Below, one piece after another: positions 19,453-29,816 of a stretch of DNA of 64,000 nt; within the stretch, counting starts at the first letter, position 1; each line of letters begins with the position of its first letter. The DNA is from a virus (lineage: Duplodnaviria > Caudoviricetes). Position numbers and translations under genes: made by a program. The stretch is taken from the IMG/VR virus record IMGVR_UViG_3300025372_000001. One strand, 5' to 3'. A model generated the notes under the pieces. The model did not search any database. It saw nothing but the letters and a program-made list of their open reading frames with translations, and was not told the origin of the DNA.

Positions 19453-19821
19453 TTATTCGCTTTGCCAAATTTTATTTTTAAACATTTGGCGATTTTCTAG
19501 GCATTTAAAATATTGATTATTAAAGTTATCTTTTAACTTTTGCTCCCATGTTTCGATTTCCTTATAAGTTTTAAACTTTTTACAGAATTCAACTAATTCA
19601 TTAAAATTATCAGATAAATGTGGTTGATTTATGCTCCATAATTCAGGAAATTGATTACCTGCCATAAAAGGATCAATAAAATTATGCCAAGACCATCCTT
19701 TATAATATTGAGCAATATAATAAAATTGTCCATATGCAATAACTCTAGTCTTCACCTTCGTCTCCTTCTCAGGAGGAACATAACCAACTACTTTCAATAA
19801 TGGTTTTAATAAATTATACAT
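19453..19821 (-). CDS. Hypothetical protein (paralog of 19824-20012)
   Basis: MYNLLK start shared. Confidence 0.7.
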   Translation of the reverse strand: MYNLLKPLLKVVGYVPPEKETKVKTRVIAYGQFYYIAQYYKGWSWHNFIDPFMAGNQFPELWSINQPHLSDNFNELVEFCKKFKTYKEIETWEQKLKDNFNNQYFKCLENRQMFKNKIWQSE

Positions 19822-19823
19822 AA

Positions 19824-20012
19824 TTAAATTTTAAAAATAAAAGAGTTACTGAACAATTTACTGAAATCTTTCGAATAGTGATAGTATTGAATATCAAAAT
19901 ATCCTTTACCTTTATTGACTACTCTACAATTCATTCTATTGTGAATATTTCCATCAGTGATATATCTTACGTCTGTAAAAAATTCTTTAAGCTGCTTTAA
20001 TAAATTATACAT
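19824..20012 (-). CDS. Hypothetical protein, possibly truncated paralog
   Basis: MYNLLK start shared. Confidence 0.55.
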   Translation of the reverse strand: MYNLLKQLKEFFTDVRYITDGNIHNRMNCRVVNKGKGYFDIQYYHYSKDFSKLFSNSFIFKI

Positions 20013-20013
20013 A

Positions 20014-20331
20014 TTAGGTTAAATGATAATCAATTTCCGTAATATTTCTCGCTTCTTCTTGTTCACATGATAATGAATATTTCATAGGAATACCATTATT
20101 AACCTTTAAACAGGATCGCATATCTCCCGAAACAGTTTGAACATAATTATATAATGCCTTATAAGGAATATCATTTTCCGTAACTTCTTCCTTGAACAAG
20201 TCTTCTCCTACGTTGACAAATTTAATTGCATTACAAAAAGCAAACCAAAGAGACAATTCAGTGTCATTCATTTCTTTTGCAGGTTTAGCATGAGAACTAT
20301 TCAAATTTAAGTCGAGAATTAACGGATTCAT
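20014..20331 (-). CDS. Hypothetical protein
   Basis: 105 aa. Confidence 0.65.
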   Translation of the reverse strand: MNPLILDLNLNSSHAKPAKEMNDTELSLWFAFCNAIKFVNVGEDLFKEEVTENDIPYKALYNYVQTVSGDMRSCLKVNNGIPMKYSLSCEQEEARNITEIDYHLT

Positions 20332-20851
20332 AGGGTTGTAAGGTTAGAGTTCCAATAAAGGGTAGATTACGTAGTTTTAGAGTTTTAACAAGGAATCCTC
20401 TAGCGGCTGGTTCCGTGCCATATTCAACAGTCCTTGGATCAATAAAAGCTTCTCCTAAGAAAGAATTGACCATGTTTTGAAGAGTAACTATTTCGGAATT
20501 ACCTCGATTAGAAGCATTAAAAACTTCAAATGCTGCCTTAATTTTACGAGTTAATGTTTGAAAAAGTTCTCCATGTTTTGCCCAAAATTTAAATTGGTTT
20601 TCTTTCATAGAGACTTCACAATCTTTACACATGAATTCTCTGGCAAGTTTTTCTTCATCTCCCCAATAATCAAACCGGGCTTGATATTGATCAGGATTAA
20701 GAATCTTTTCTGTTGCACAGAATGCACAAGGAATAGTTCTATTCGTTCTAGTTAAACGCGGGCGTTCTTCTAAAATCTGTTTTGGTTCTTTTTTCTCTTT
20801 TCTTTTTCGTTGTTTCATTTCAGGAACAACGAATTCGCTAGTGTTTTCCAT
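20297..20851 (-). CDS. Hypothetical protein with CxxC pairs
   Basis: CAFC...CKDC. Confidence 0.75.
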   Translation of the reverse strand: MENTSEFVVPEMKQRKRKEKKEPKQILEERPRLTRTNRTIPCAFCATEKILNPDQYQARFDYWGDEEKLAREFMCKDCEVSMKENQFKFWAKHGELFQTLTRKIKAAFEVFNASNRGNSEIVTLQNMVNSFLGEAFIDPRTVEYGTEPAARGFLVKTLKLRNLPFIGTLTLQPYESVNSRLKFE

Positions 20852-20856
20852 AAATT

Positions 20857-21102
20857 TTATAATTGTTCAAAGAATTGAAGATGAGCAAAATTGTTTTCGT
20901 CTTTATCGTCAATTGGTGGATATTCTTCTAACCAGACTGCGCACCAAGAACCATACACTTCACATTTAGAAACTGTATAAATTTCTCCTACTTTAAAATA
21001 ATTTTTTACTCGTTCAATAATATTAGTAAAGTGAGGATAAACAAAGGCAGGAATGCCTTTAAATTTAAGTTTATCACCGGGTTTGGGCCAATTAGTTTTC
21101 AT
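20857..21102 (-). CDS. Hypothetical protein
   Basis: 81 aa. Confidence 0.7.
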   Translation of the reverse strand: MKTNWPKPGDKLKFKGIPAFVYPHFTNIIERVKNYFKVGEIYTVSKCEVYGSWCAVWLEEYPPIDDKDENNFAHLQFFEQL

Positions 21103-21106
21103 ATTG

Positions 21107-21775
21107 TTAGTGTAAATCGTTCATGGGATAATCGTTAGCATCATTACATCCACAATTCCCACTACAACACGGGTTTTCCTTTGAAACTGAAGGAAATTTC
21201 AAAATATTATCAGTACGTTCTAGATAATCTTGATCTGTTTCATACCCTTTACTAGTGGGATTTTGGCACCATGTTGGACCCATTCCACAAGGGCAATTAC
21301 TATTCGGACAAGAATAACACATGACCCCAGATAATTCTAATCCACATTTACTACATCCGGCTAATGTATGAGGTCGGGGAATTTCTACAGGAGGGCGGAA
21401 AGGAAAAGCTTTCATATGGTCATTCTTTTCTTTTTCGTGTTTCTTAAAAGCCTCTTGAATTTTTCTTGCTATTTCCGCTTGTGCATTATGCACTTCCGAA
21501 CCATTATAATCTGCAATCATCTTTATTTCAGGAACAACCGTTTCAATGACAAACAACAAAACAATATCAGTATTAATATTCAACCACTGACTACTATGTT
21601 CGTCCTTAACTTTGATATAATAACTAAATGCATCAGTTACTTTCCATTGTTCCTTATAAAATGTTGGGTCGTTTTTACGATAAAATACCACTTCATGTCC
21701 TACTAATTTAGCAGTTTCTAAATTGACAAGACTTCCTGTATAATACTCTTCAATTGCTCTCTTTATATTGCTCAT
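21107..21775 (-). CDS. Hypothetical protein with Cys-rich C-terminus
   Basis: 222 aa. Confidence 0.7.
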   Translation of the reverse strand: MSNIKRAIEEYYTGSLVNLETAKLVGHEVVFYRKNDPTFYKEQWKVTDAFSYYIKVKDEHSSQWLNINTDIVLLFVIETVVPEIKMIADYNGSEVHNAQAEIARKIQEAFKKHEKEKNDHMKAFPFRPPVEIPRPHTLAGCSKCGLELSGVMCYSCPNSNCPCGMGPTWCQNPTSKGYETDQDYLERTDNILKFPSVSKENPCCSGNCGCNDANDYPMNDLH

Positions 21776-21780
21776 AATTA

Positions 21781-22200
21781 TTATAAAATACCTTCTAGTA
21801 TTCCCAGAAGATATACCAAGAACACAGTATTGTCAACGGATTCTTTGTTAAATTGTGACACATCGACACTCTTCAATTGCTCAATTGTGCCAACAATATC
21901 AATATCTCTTCCTCCTGACACATTAGTCATTGCCTGAATAAAGAAATCTCTCACTAATTCCCAATGATGAATAATATCTCTATTATTTTTACAAGTCTTA
22001 GCAGTAATATTTGCCAATTTATATTTCTTAATATCTTCTGGCTTAAAGTTTAAAGAAAATTTCCGAATAGTTTCTTTTAGTTGTTCTAGACTTGCCGATT
22101 CTTCTGCAACAGGAACTTCTGCTTGAATAGCAGAATTAGGTCGAAAATAGTGGATAGAACTATTTTGAATAGGATTAAAGTCTGGAATCAATCGAGACAT
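21781..22200 (-). CDS. Hypothetical protein
   Basis: 139 aa. Confidence 0.75.
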   Translation of the reverse strand: MSRLIPDFNPIQNSSIHYFRPNSAIQAEVPVAEESASLEQLKETIRKFSLNFKPEDIKKYKLANITAKTCKNNRDIIHHWELVRDFFIQAMTNVSGGRDIDIVGTIEQLKSVDVSQFNKESVDNTVFLVYLLGILEGIL

Positions 22201-22595
22201 TATAATGCATTAGTGTTGACCGGAGTTTGAACAGCAGCAGTAAGAAAAGTCACATGTACTGCATTTCTTTTCCCACAATTGCCACATTGATATTCCGTAT
22301 CATTTAAATCTAAATTCATTGTTGCCACATTTCCACAATGCTGACATGCTGTATCAATAGCATATTGCTTAAAAGGCTTGCTATTATATTCATCTAATAC
22401 TTTCTTAATCGTATATTTCTCGTAAAAGAAATTACTAATTTTAGGAAGTATTAGTTGTAGACCAATTAAGGAATAGAAAATGTGCCAAAAGGGATATGCA
22501 AGAAAATACTGTAATCCTAATGCTAATGATGCTGCGATTAATGCAACAAGACACAAGGATACTAATACTATTAATATTCTTTTAGAGGTTTTCAT
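22200..22595 (-). CDS. Membrane protein with zinc ribbon
   Basis: Two hydrophobic segments; CQHC...CGNC. Confidence 0.7.
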   Translation of the reverse strand: MKTSKRILIVLVSLCLVALIAASLALGLQYFLAYPFWHIFYSLIGLQLILPKISNFFYEKYTIKKVLDEYNSKPFKQYAIDTACQHCGNVATMNLDLNDTEYQCGNCGKRNAVHVTFLTAAVQTPVNTNAL

Positions 22596-22598
22596 GAA

Positions 22599-22781
22599 TT
22601 ACTTGGATGGTTCAGAGAGGATTTGAGTAACTCCTTGTTTACAGAAAGAACCGCAATTGGTGCAGCGCCATGTACAATTCATTACTTTCTTTCCAGAGGA
22701 TTCAGTGACTGATTGTTCTCTGCCGTACACCGTACCGCTACAACTTTGACATCTAATGGGGACATTTCTAATAAGGTTCAT
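22599..22781 (-). CDS. Small zinc-ribbon protein
   Basis: CQSC...CTNC. Confidence 0.65.
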   Translation of the reverse strand: MNLIRNVPIRCQSCSGTVYGREQSVTESSGKKVMNCTWRCTNCGSFCKQGVTQILSEPSK

Positions 22782-22787
22782 ATTTTT

Positions 22788-23114
22788 CTATTTATTATCG
22801 AATGGCTCGAATATCTTCTTCAATCTGACATAGTCAGCATATTGTTGTTTTCTGCGTTTTTCTTCTTGCCATTTATATACATCCGTTCGTTTAAGGAATT
22901 CCTCATCTGTTTCTTTTCGATGTCCCACAAATATTAATTTGAGAGATTCGTAATCATAGCTTAACTTAATCTTATTAAGACCTTGTTTTGCTCCTTGTCT
23001 CGCCGCTTTTTCAAAAAGATTTCGCAATAAAGAAACTGCTTCTTCTTCATATACATCATCAAATTCAAAATTGTTTAGTTCACAAATTTCAAGTTGTTTA
23101 ATTTCTTTTTCCAT
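22788..23114 (-). CDS. Hypothetical protein
   Basis: 108 aa. Confidence 0.7.
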   Translation of the reverse strand: MEKEIKQLEICELNNFEFDDVYEEEAVSLLRNLFEKAARQGAKQGLNKIKLSYDYESLKLIFVGHRKETDEEFLKRTDVYKWQEEKRRKQQYADYVRLKKIFEPFDNK

Positions 23115-23120
23115 ATTTTT

Positions 23121-24041
23121 TTATAGTGAAAGGTTATCTATCCAATTCTCGCAATCTTGATCATTGGTGATTTTAGAGAATAATTGTTGCCAAGAACCAA
23201 TTTGTCTTAATACACTTGTTCCGCCATATTCATTCATCAAATCAATAAATTCTTTACGATTGAATTTACTATCTCTCTGTTCGTTGATCTGTTGTTCCGC
23301 ATGAAGCATATCATCTGAACAATTCTTCATTCCGTAAGAAATGTCAACGACCTTTAAATTATTTCTAATTAATTCTTTCTGTTCGTCCGTCAGTTTATCA
23401 TATTCTTCTAAAGAACTTTTATTAATTTCTTCTGCAAGGGTACATGCTCTCTTATCCCCAAATTTAGGCAATCCTTCAATGTTATCGGAAACATCTCCTT
23501 TAATTGCTTTGAATAGAATATAACTTTCCAAAGAACAACCTGCAAACTCCACAAAATTATTAATATCAACTATTCCTCGATTAGGAAGCAATTGATCAGT
23601 TTTATGAGAAACTAATTGTAATAAATCTCTATCCGAAGAAACAATTAAATTATTTCCTTCTAATACAGAACAAAGATAATAAATGACATCGTCTCCTTCC
23701 AGACTATATGGTAATATAGTTTTAATTCCAAGGGTATTACAAATATTAATTATAATAGGGAAATACGTGTGAATCTGTCTAGTATCGTCTGATTCAACAC
23801 GTTGTTCTTTGTAAGAGGAAACTAAGGTTCTACGAAAGTTAACGGCATCTGGATTGGAACGTTTATCCCATGTGATATAAACATTGTTTGGGGTATATTC
23901 TTCCATGAGATTCTTAAGCATTGTTAAGAATTTATGAATTGGGGCAATATTTAAACCATTATGAAATTTAGGATATTTCTTTTGAGCAAAATATGCACGA
24001 TATAAAAAATTGTTTCCATCTATGATAAGATTGTTATACAT
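23121..24041 (-). CDS. 5'-3' exonuclease / RNase H (T4 rnh / FEN family)
   Basis: IIDGNN, YKEQR, EGDDVI, SSDRDLLQL, GDVSDNIEG. Confidence 0.9.
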   Translation of the reverse strand: MYNNLIIDGNNFLYRAYFAQKKYPKFHNGLNIAPIHKFLTMLKNLMEEYTPNNVYITWDKRSNPDAVNFRRTLVSSYKEQRVESDDTRQIHTYFPIIINICNTLGIKTILPYSLEGDDVIYYLCSVLEGNNLIVSSDRDLLQLVSHKTDQLLPNRGIVDINNFVEFAGCSLESYILFKAIKGDVSDNIEGLPKFGDKRACTLAEEINKSSLEEYDKLTDEQKELIRNNLKVVDISYGMKNCSDDMLHAEQQINEQRDSKFNRKEFIDLMNEYGGTSVLRQIGSWQQLFSKITNDQDCENWIDNLSL

Positions 24042-24057
24042 GGAGACAACTTACTCT

Positions 24058-24342
24058 TTAGTTTGGGTTTTGCAATTTATTATTTTCCCAAACGGCATGC
24101 ATTTCTTGAACAATATTATGTGGTAAAATCTCAATAAAAACTATATCTTTTTCTTTAATTCGTTTATCCAATTCGGATTTTGGTAAGGAGAAATTGATAT
24201 TTCCATCAATTAAAAGTTTTACTCCTTCGATATTTTTGTCATTTTCTTCTAAACAAATTAGGCCAACTCCTCTTTGGTGAATATCTTCGTTTAAATTGAC
24301 GGTTATACCGTAAGCAACATTTTTGTATTTCGAGCGAAACAT
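24058..24342 (-). CDS. Hypothetical protein
   Basis: 94 aa. Confidence 0.7.
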   Translation of the reverse strand: MFRSKYKNVAYGITVNLNEDIHQRGVGLICLEENDKNIEGVKLLIDGNINFSLPKSELDKRIKEKDIVFIEILPHNIVQEMHAVWENNKLQNPN

Positions 24343-24385
24343 ATTGTTTTATTATTTATTTAAAGATTGAAAAGAGGTAAAGGAA

Positions 24386-24589
24386 GTGATAAAGTACTAC
24401 TCTATGTATAATACTATAGCAGGCAATTATGTCAAGGTAACAGTGGGAAATCAAGTATTTGAAATTCCGTCCGATAAAGCACAAGAAGTATTTTCCTTAC
24501 TATCAAGGTTACAAAGTATTTCTATTCATTCAGAAAACAATCCTTCCCCGGTTCTATCGTATCAAGGAAAATCGTTAATTTGTGGTTAA
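24386..24589 (+). CDS. Small hypothetical protein
   Basis: 67 aa; start may be the internal ATG. Confidence 0.55.
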   Translation: MIKYYSMYNTIAGNYVKVTVGNQVFEIPSDKAQEVFSLLSRLQSISIHSENNPSPVLSYQGKSLICG

Positions 24590-24683
24590 TATGAAACAAT
24601 TATATAAAGTTGGGGGATGGTCATGCTTACTGGTGGGTTTGTGGAGTATTTGGGGATTTGGAGCAGCAGCAATCTTTATTGGC

Positions 24684-24712
24684 TTGACATTGTTTGTCAT
24701 CGGTGCTACATT
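24684..24712 (+). promoter_or_regulatory. sigma70-type promoter giving a leaderless clamp-loader mRNA
   Basis: TTGACA-17-TACATT; ATG ATG at 24715/24718. Confidence 0.6.
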
Positions 24713-24714
24713 AG

Positions 24715-25638
24715 ATGATGCAAAATGCTACAAGTGAACAGTTACTATCTAATGTTTGGACATTAAAATATGCACCAACAACTATTGACGATCTTCTTCT
24801 ATCCGAGGAAAATCGTCAATTTTTTTCATCCCTTACCGGATTAAATAATAATTTATTGTTCATCTCTAGCCCAGGAGGAGGGAAAACTTCCACAGCCAAA
24901 ATTCTATCTAAGAAATTTTCTCCCTTCTCTTACATTTATATCAATGCATCAGAAGAAAATGGAATTGATGTAGTACGAACTAAGATTAGTAATTTCATTT
25001 CTATTCAATCATTCGATGGTAATCCTAAAGTGGTTATCCTTGATGAAATTGATGGAGCAACTACAAACTTTCAACAAGCATTGAGAGGCGTAATGGAAGA
25101 ATACCTAGAAGATGTTAAATTTATTCTTACCGGAAACTTTAAACATAAAATTTTAGAAGCCATTCAAAGCAGATGTCAAACCTTTGATTTTTCTTTGAAT
25201 ATTAAAGACGTTTTTGCTCGAATGATTTATATTCTTAAGCAAGAAAAGATTACTATTCTTGAAGAAGATAAGAAAGCTCTTGTAACTCTTCTCAAGTCTC
25301 ATTTTCCTGATATTCGTAAGACTATCAATGAATTACAAAAATGTTGTATTACAGGTAAATTCATTCCTAATATCAAGAAAGAAGAAACCCTTTCTTCTAC
25401 TATTGTGGAAAGATTAAAAAATAAAACAAATGTGTGGGAAATTAGGAAATACGTGCTTGCGCATGAACAAGATTTCAATAGTGATTATCATTTCTTAATG
25501 AAGAAATTGTTTGATCATTATGTCTTAGAAGAGAATGCAGGAAAGGTATTATTGATTGTTGACGCCATGTATAAACACAGTATTGTTGCAGATGCAGAGG
25601 TAAACTTTGCAGGTCTTTTAATCAATTTAGCAAAATAA
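24715..25638 (+). CDS. Clamp loader AAA+ subunit (T4 gp44 / RFC-like)
   Basis: WTLKYAP, GGGKTS Walker A, LDEID Walker B, IQSRC motif. Confidence 0.9.
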   Translation: MMQNATSEQLLSNVWTLKYAPTTIDDLLLSEENRQFFSSLTGLNNNLLFISSPGGGKTSTAKILSKKFSPFSYIYINASEENGIDVVRTKISNFISIQSFDGNPKVVILDEIDGATTNFQQALRGVMEEYLEDVKFILTGNFKHKILEAIQSRCQTFDFSLNIKDVFARMIYILKQEKITILEEDKKALVTLLKSHFPDIRKTINELQKCCITGKFIPNIKKEETLSSTIVERLKNKTNVWEIRKYVLAHEQDFNSDYHFLMKKLFDHYVLEENAGKVLLIVDAMYKHSIVADAEVNFAGLLINLAK

Positions 25639-25641
25639 AAT

Positions 25642-26022
25642 ATGAAAGTTATTATCATTAATAATCCTGAAATTCTCTCTTCTATTAAGAACAATGTTGA
25701 ACAGCTTCTTCTTGATATTGAAGAAGGAAAAGTTGCTCGATTAAAACATGCTCAAGATGATTGGAATAATTTATCTAGATTTGGGCAATGGTGGGATGAA
25801 AATTTTACCGCTACGTTTAAATCTAAAAAATATAAACTAATTTTGACTCAAAAATCAAATGATATGTGGTGTTTGGGTCAAAAGTTGATTTGTTTGGATT
25901 TTCTTAAGAAATTGAATTCAGGAAAAACGTCCTTTCAGTTTTCAGAAAGTGATTGTGAAAAATTATCAATTATGGATTTGTGGGAAAAGTATCCTGCCAA
26001 AACCGTTAAGAGGGATCATTAA
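25642..26022 (+). CDS. Hypothetical protein
   Basis: 126 aa. Confidence 0.7.
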   Translation: MKVIIINNPEILSSIKNNVEQLLLDIEEGKVARLKHAQDDWNNLSRFGQWWDENFTATFKSKKYKLILTQKSNDMWCLGQKLICLDFLKKLNSGKTSFQFSESDCEKLSIMDLWEKYPAKTVKRDH

Positions 26023-26023
26023 T

Positions 26024-26275
26024 ATGCAAGAATTAAAATTATATTTTTTAAACCGGGTCAAATTTCTGTCTATTTTCGGTGGATTATCTGATGAAGAAGC
26101 ATTGAAACTTTGGGAAAGTCCGTTAGAGTGGTGGAACCGAAACAACGATTATTCACAAAATATTTTACGGGATAATCTGAACACATTAAACACTATCAAA
26201 GAATTGATTAGAATTCTTCGAGACAAGAATGATCCTGAATTAAATGCAATCATTAAGAAATTAATAGATGTTTAA
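26024..26275 (+). CDS. Hypothetical protein
   Basis: Start moved to MQELKL. Confidence 0.65.
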   Translation: MQELKLYFLNRVKFLSIFGGLSDEEALKLWESPLEWWNRNNDYSQNILRDNLNTLNTIKELIRILRDKNDPELNAIIKKLIDV

Positions 26276-26288
26276 TAAAAAATAATAT

Positions 26289-26672
26289 ATGGAAAATTAT
26301 TTCATTTTTGTAGAACACCACGGATTTGATAAACTTAAATTTTATAAAATCCCATCCTCTATTCCGTATAGACAGTTAATTTCTTTAGGAGGATTTCGGA
26401 ATCGGCAGCATCTCTTTATAAGGGAAACATGGTTTTACCATCTATTCCAAAATGAATATGAGGAAATGGTGCAAGGATTTAATAAGGCTGATAAGAATCA
26501 TACATTATATACATTGTATCAAAATTATTTGAGTCTTCCTATTATTGATTGTATTGATCTTTATGATTTCTATGACAAAGTAGGATGGGATAAGAAAAAG
26601 AAGAAATTTATCAATCCTCAAAAATTATTTGCTCGCGCAGTAAATATGTATTATGAGACGTGTTACCCCTAG
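26289..26672 (+). CDS. Hypothetical protein
   Basis: 127 aa. Confidence 0.7.
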   Translation: MENYFIFVEHHGFDKLKFYKIPSSIPYRQLISLGGFRNRQHLFIRETWFYHLFQNEYEEMVQGFNKADKNHTLYTLYQNYLSLPIIDCIDLYDFYDKVGWDKKKKKFINPQKLFARAVNMYYETCYP

Positions 26673-26955
26673 CTTTGTAGAAAATAATGAAAGAAATATT
26701 GCCATTTGGACAGAAATGCAAGTAGGCGGCATGGGCTTCGATATTATCAATGACACGAATTTTCATACAGGAAATTATTATGAAATAATTCCTCTTAGTA
26801 CTACTGCTACAGTTGCATCTGCCACATTCTATCCAGGCTATTCAGGGAGTCCGTTACTTTCTGCTGTTCCTCTTCCTCAAGGACTTCGTTTTAAAGCAGA
26901 TTTCACCGGGATTAAACTATCTTCGGGTTCAGTTGTAGGTTATTACCTGTACTAA
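26653..26955 (+). CDS. Small putative virion protein
   Basis: TAAATA at 26641; beta-rich composition. Confidence 0.6.
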   Translation: MRRVTPSFVENNERNIAIWTEMQVGGMGFDIINDTNFHTGNYYEIIPLSTTATVASATFYPGYSGSPLLSAVPLPQGLRFKADFTGIKLSSGSVVGYYLY

Positions 26956-27124
26956 TTTTATATAAGGAATAGAAGTATTGGGGATATTCATTACTTCCTC
27001 CACAACGTATTTTTTGAAACGGATACAAAATCCGATTTTCTTCTTGTTTAAATTGATATTTTCCTTCAAAAATATCTTCAGATTTTTCGATAAAGCCTGT
27101 TAAGTTTTCCCATTCGGTTTCCAT
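26912..27124 (-). CDS. Small hypothetical protein
   Basis: 70 aa. Confidence 0.5.
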   Translation of the reverse strand: METEWENLTGFIEKSEDIFEGKYQFKQEENRILYPFQKIRCGGSNEYPQYFYSLYKISTGNNLQLNPKIV

Positions 27125-27170
27125 TTACATAATTTAGCATCTTGCCGAGCCAAAGTAAATAGTAATAATA

Positions 27171-28280
27171 ATGGCGAATCAAGAAATTAAAATCTCTGCA
27201 CTTTCTGCGAATAATAATTTAAATCAACAACACTCTTATTTTGTGATGTTGGATACTGGAAACACTACGCAAAGTGTTAGTGGTTCAACCATGAAAACTC
27301 CTGGTAGTGCTCTATCTACAATGGTTTGGAGTAATTCTAGTCATTATGGATTAGATAGTTTAAAAGAAGTAACTAATGTTGTACAGACCTATAGTGGAAA
27401 TACAAATCTCATTAGAAATGACATTTGGGGTTATCCTAATGATGCAGTGCGGATGACTCCTTATGAATGGGGTCAAGCTATTATAATGGCATCCAGTTCT
27501 AATAGCATTGTTAGATGGCATGCAAGAGAATCTTCATATGGAAACACTAATATATTAGGTGTTATTAATATTGTTACGGATGGATATACTTGGGTAACAT
27601 ATAATATAGGTCCACAAGAATATCCATTGCCTACTGGTTATCATTATTATGTTTATGCCGACAATAGTGATTATTCAGGATATGTATATGCTACCGATTC
27701 TGATATTTCTACTATTACGTTACGTTATAGTAGTGCTCCTCCTAGCGAGTTTTCCGGGGGAGGATATATTAGTGTTCCTTCATTATACAATCAAGTTCAA
27801 GCACAATCTAATGGTGTTTATATCAAAGCAGCTAACTGGACAGAAACACCAACATATAGCTATAATTGGTTGTTTGGCACGGATGGAACATTCAAGGTTC
27901 CTGCTCCTGGTATTATTGATCATAACAATAAACCAATTGGAAAAAGGACTTCCACTGTTTATGAAAACATAAACGAATCAGGAAATATTGGAGTAGATGC
28001 ATCATCTTATGATGAATATGTCATTCCTTTGAGTGCATCGGGATTATCGGCTAATTTTCTTCCTCCTTCTAATGCATATGATTCACAAATAATTATGTGG
28101 AATATTCGGTATTTACATAATACGGATTCTGTAACTCTTGATTCACATTTCAGAGTACCAATGACGACCTTAAATTGGTCATTATCGGCAGGGCGAATGG
28201 ATATTTTTGCGGCTAAGTATAATGGGCCTGATAATAAATGGGATGTAATTAGTTTTGCTCCTGGATATATTATTTTTTAA
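27171..28280 (+). CDS. Putative tail fibre / virion surface protein
   Basis: TAAATA 27156; Ser/Asn/Tyr-rich; MANQEIKISAL. Confidence 0.6.
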   Translation: MANQEIKISALSANNNLNQQHSYFVMLDTGNTTQSVSGSTMKTPGSALSTMVWSNSSHYGLDSLKEVTNVVQTYSGNTNLIRNDIWGYPNDAVRMTPYEWGQAIIMASSSNSIVRWHARESSYGNTNILGVINIVTDGYTWVTYNIGPQEYPLPTGYHYYVYADNSDYSGYVYATDSDISTITLRYSSAPPSEFSGGGYISVPSLYNQVQAQSNGVYIKAANWTETPTYSYNWLFGTDGTFKVPAPGIIDHNNKPIGKRTSTVYENINESGNIGVDASSYDEYVIPLSASGLSANFLPPSNAYDSQIIMWNIRYLHNTDSVTLDSHFRVPMTTLNWSLSAGRMDIFAAKYNGPDNKWDVISFAPGYIIF

Positions 28281-28284
28281 TTAA

Positions 28285-29781
28285 ATGGCAGATTTTTATT
28301 TTTATAATAATGGAAGCGGTGACACTGATTGGAACAATCCCAACAATTGGTGGCTGGATAGAGCTTATAGTAATCCAGTGGGAAGTGTTCCTACCCCTTC
28401 TTCCGGGCAACTAGTCGAAATTGATTCTAATTTAGATACCAATATTCCAAATTGGACGTTTGATGTATATATCGGCGTTGCATACGTTACTTTAACATTA
28501 GATGTTGGAAGTTTTGGTACAGTAACTTTGGGAGCTAATTCGGTGCTAACAATTCAGAGCGGAACGCTTACATTAGGCGGTAATCTTTCTAATGGGGGAA
28601 CCATAGATTTAATTGGAGGGAATATTAGTATTCTAGAAGGTAGTATTAGTAATACATATAGTATCAATATATCTGTAGGAACAACACTATTGAATTATGG
28701 AGGAATATTAGATAATAGTGCAGGTTATCTGGTTAACTACGGAACCTTTAATAATTCAGGATTTTTTGCACAAGGCAACTTTTTTAATTATGGAACATAT
28801 ATTAACAACTATTATTATTACAATAATTTAGGAGAAACCGGTTGGAATGCGGGAAACTCTTGGTGGTTCGACCCTTCTTATAGTTTTCCAGTTGATGAAG
28901 TTCCTACTTTTATTCCAAATCAAGATGTTGCTAACATATATTCTAATATTGATACCAATATTCCACAAACATTAAATATTCCTGTCAATCTTTATGCAAA
29001 TTTTACTATAGACACTAGCTTATGTTATATTTCTAGTGTTATTAATGTTTATAACTATAGTTTATTCATTATAAACAATTATGTGAATAATACAGGAACT
29101 ATTAATTTATATAATTATTCTCAATTACAAAATTTTAGTCTTATAGAAAACAATAATAGTTTAATTGTTAATAACAATGGAACTTTTACTAATAATGGTA
29201 AGCTACAAAATAATCAATCAATACAGATATTAGATAATGGAACATTGACGAGCACGTCAGGATATTTTAATAATCTCGGTGTATTTTCTATATCTTGGGG
29301 AGCATTAATTTATATAGATCAAACAAAATATTTAGGAAATTTATTTTGTAATGGCGTATTTTCGGCATCATACATTTTTTATGACAATACTCTACAACAA
29401 GAGATTGCTTCCTTGGATTATGTGTCATATAATCCAGGTATATTTCTTAATATAGTTGCTCCTAGTACTTTAGGTAGTACCATATGTCCCATTATTAATT
29501 ATAGTGCCTTAACATATACAGGGGATCAAGTGTTTTATCCTTTGATTAATAATGGTACTTTAACTACAACTAATACAGTGAATTTAAATCAACCGTTCAC
29601 TAACAATGGTTCTGTTATCAACAACGGTTCTCTTACAATATCCAGCACATTTACTACAGTGCCCTCTGCAACCCTTATTAATAATGGAACATTTGCTTAT
29701 GGAAGTTATACAACAAATTTTAAAGGACCGATTTATCCACAAGTTCCTTCTTCTGCATCATGGGGGAATATTTTCATCTAA
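28285..29781 (+). CDS. Asn/Gly-rich beta-helix-like putative virion adhesin with internal duplication
   Basis: Repeated NNGT/NYGT motifs; duplicated W..WW.D..YS.PV..VP...SN.DTNIP. Confidence 0.6.
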   Translation: MADFYFYNNGSGDTDWNNPNNWWLDRAYSNPVGSVPTPSSGQLVEIDSNLDTNIPNWTFDVYIGVAYVTLTLDVGSFGTVTLGANSVLTIQSGTLTLGGNLSNGGTIDLIGGNISILEGSISNTYSINISVGTTLLNYGGILDNSAGYLVNYGTFNNSGFFAQGNFFNYGTYINNYYYYNNLGETGWNAGNSWWFDPSYSFPVDEVPTFIPNQDVANIYSNIDTNIPQTLNIPVNLYANFTIDTSLCYISSVINVYNYSLFIINNYVNNTGTINLYNYSQLQNFSLIENNNSLIVNNNGTFTNNGKLQNNQSIQILDNGTLTSTSGYFNNLGVFSISWGALIYIDQTKYLGNLFCNGVFSASYIFYDNTLQQEIASLDYVSYNPGIFLNIVAPSTLGSTICPIINYSALTYTGDQVFYPLINNGTLTTTNTVNLNQPFTNNGSVINNGSLTISSTFTTVPSATLINNGTFAYGSYTTNFKGPIYPQVPSSASWGNIFI

Positions 29782-29816
29782 AAGTTAAAACGAAATGATA
29801 AATAGATACTAAGATC

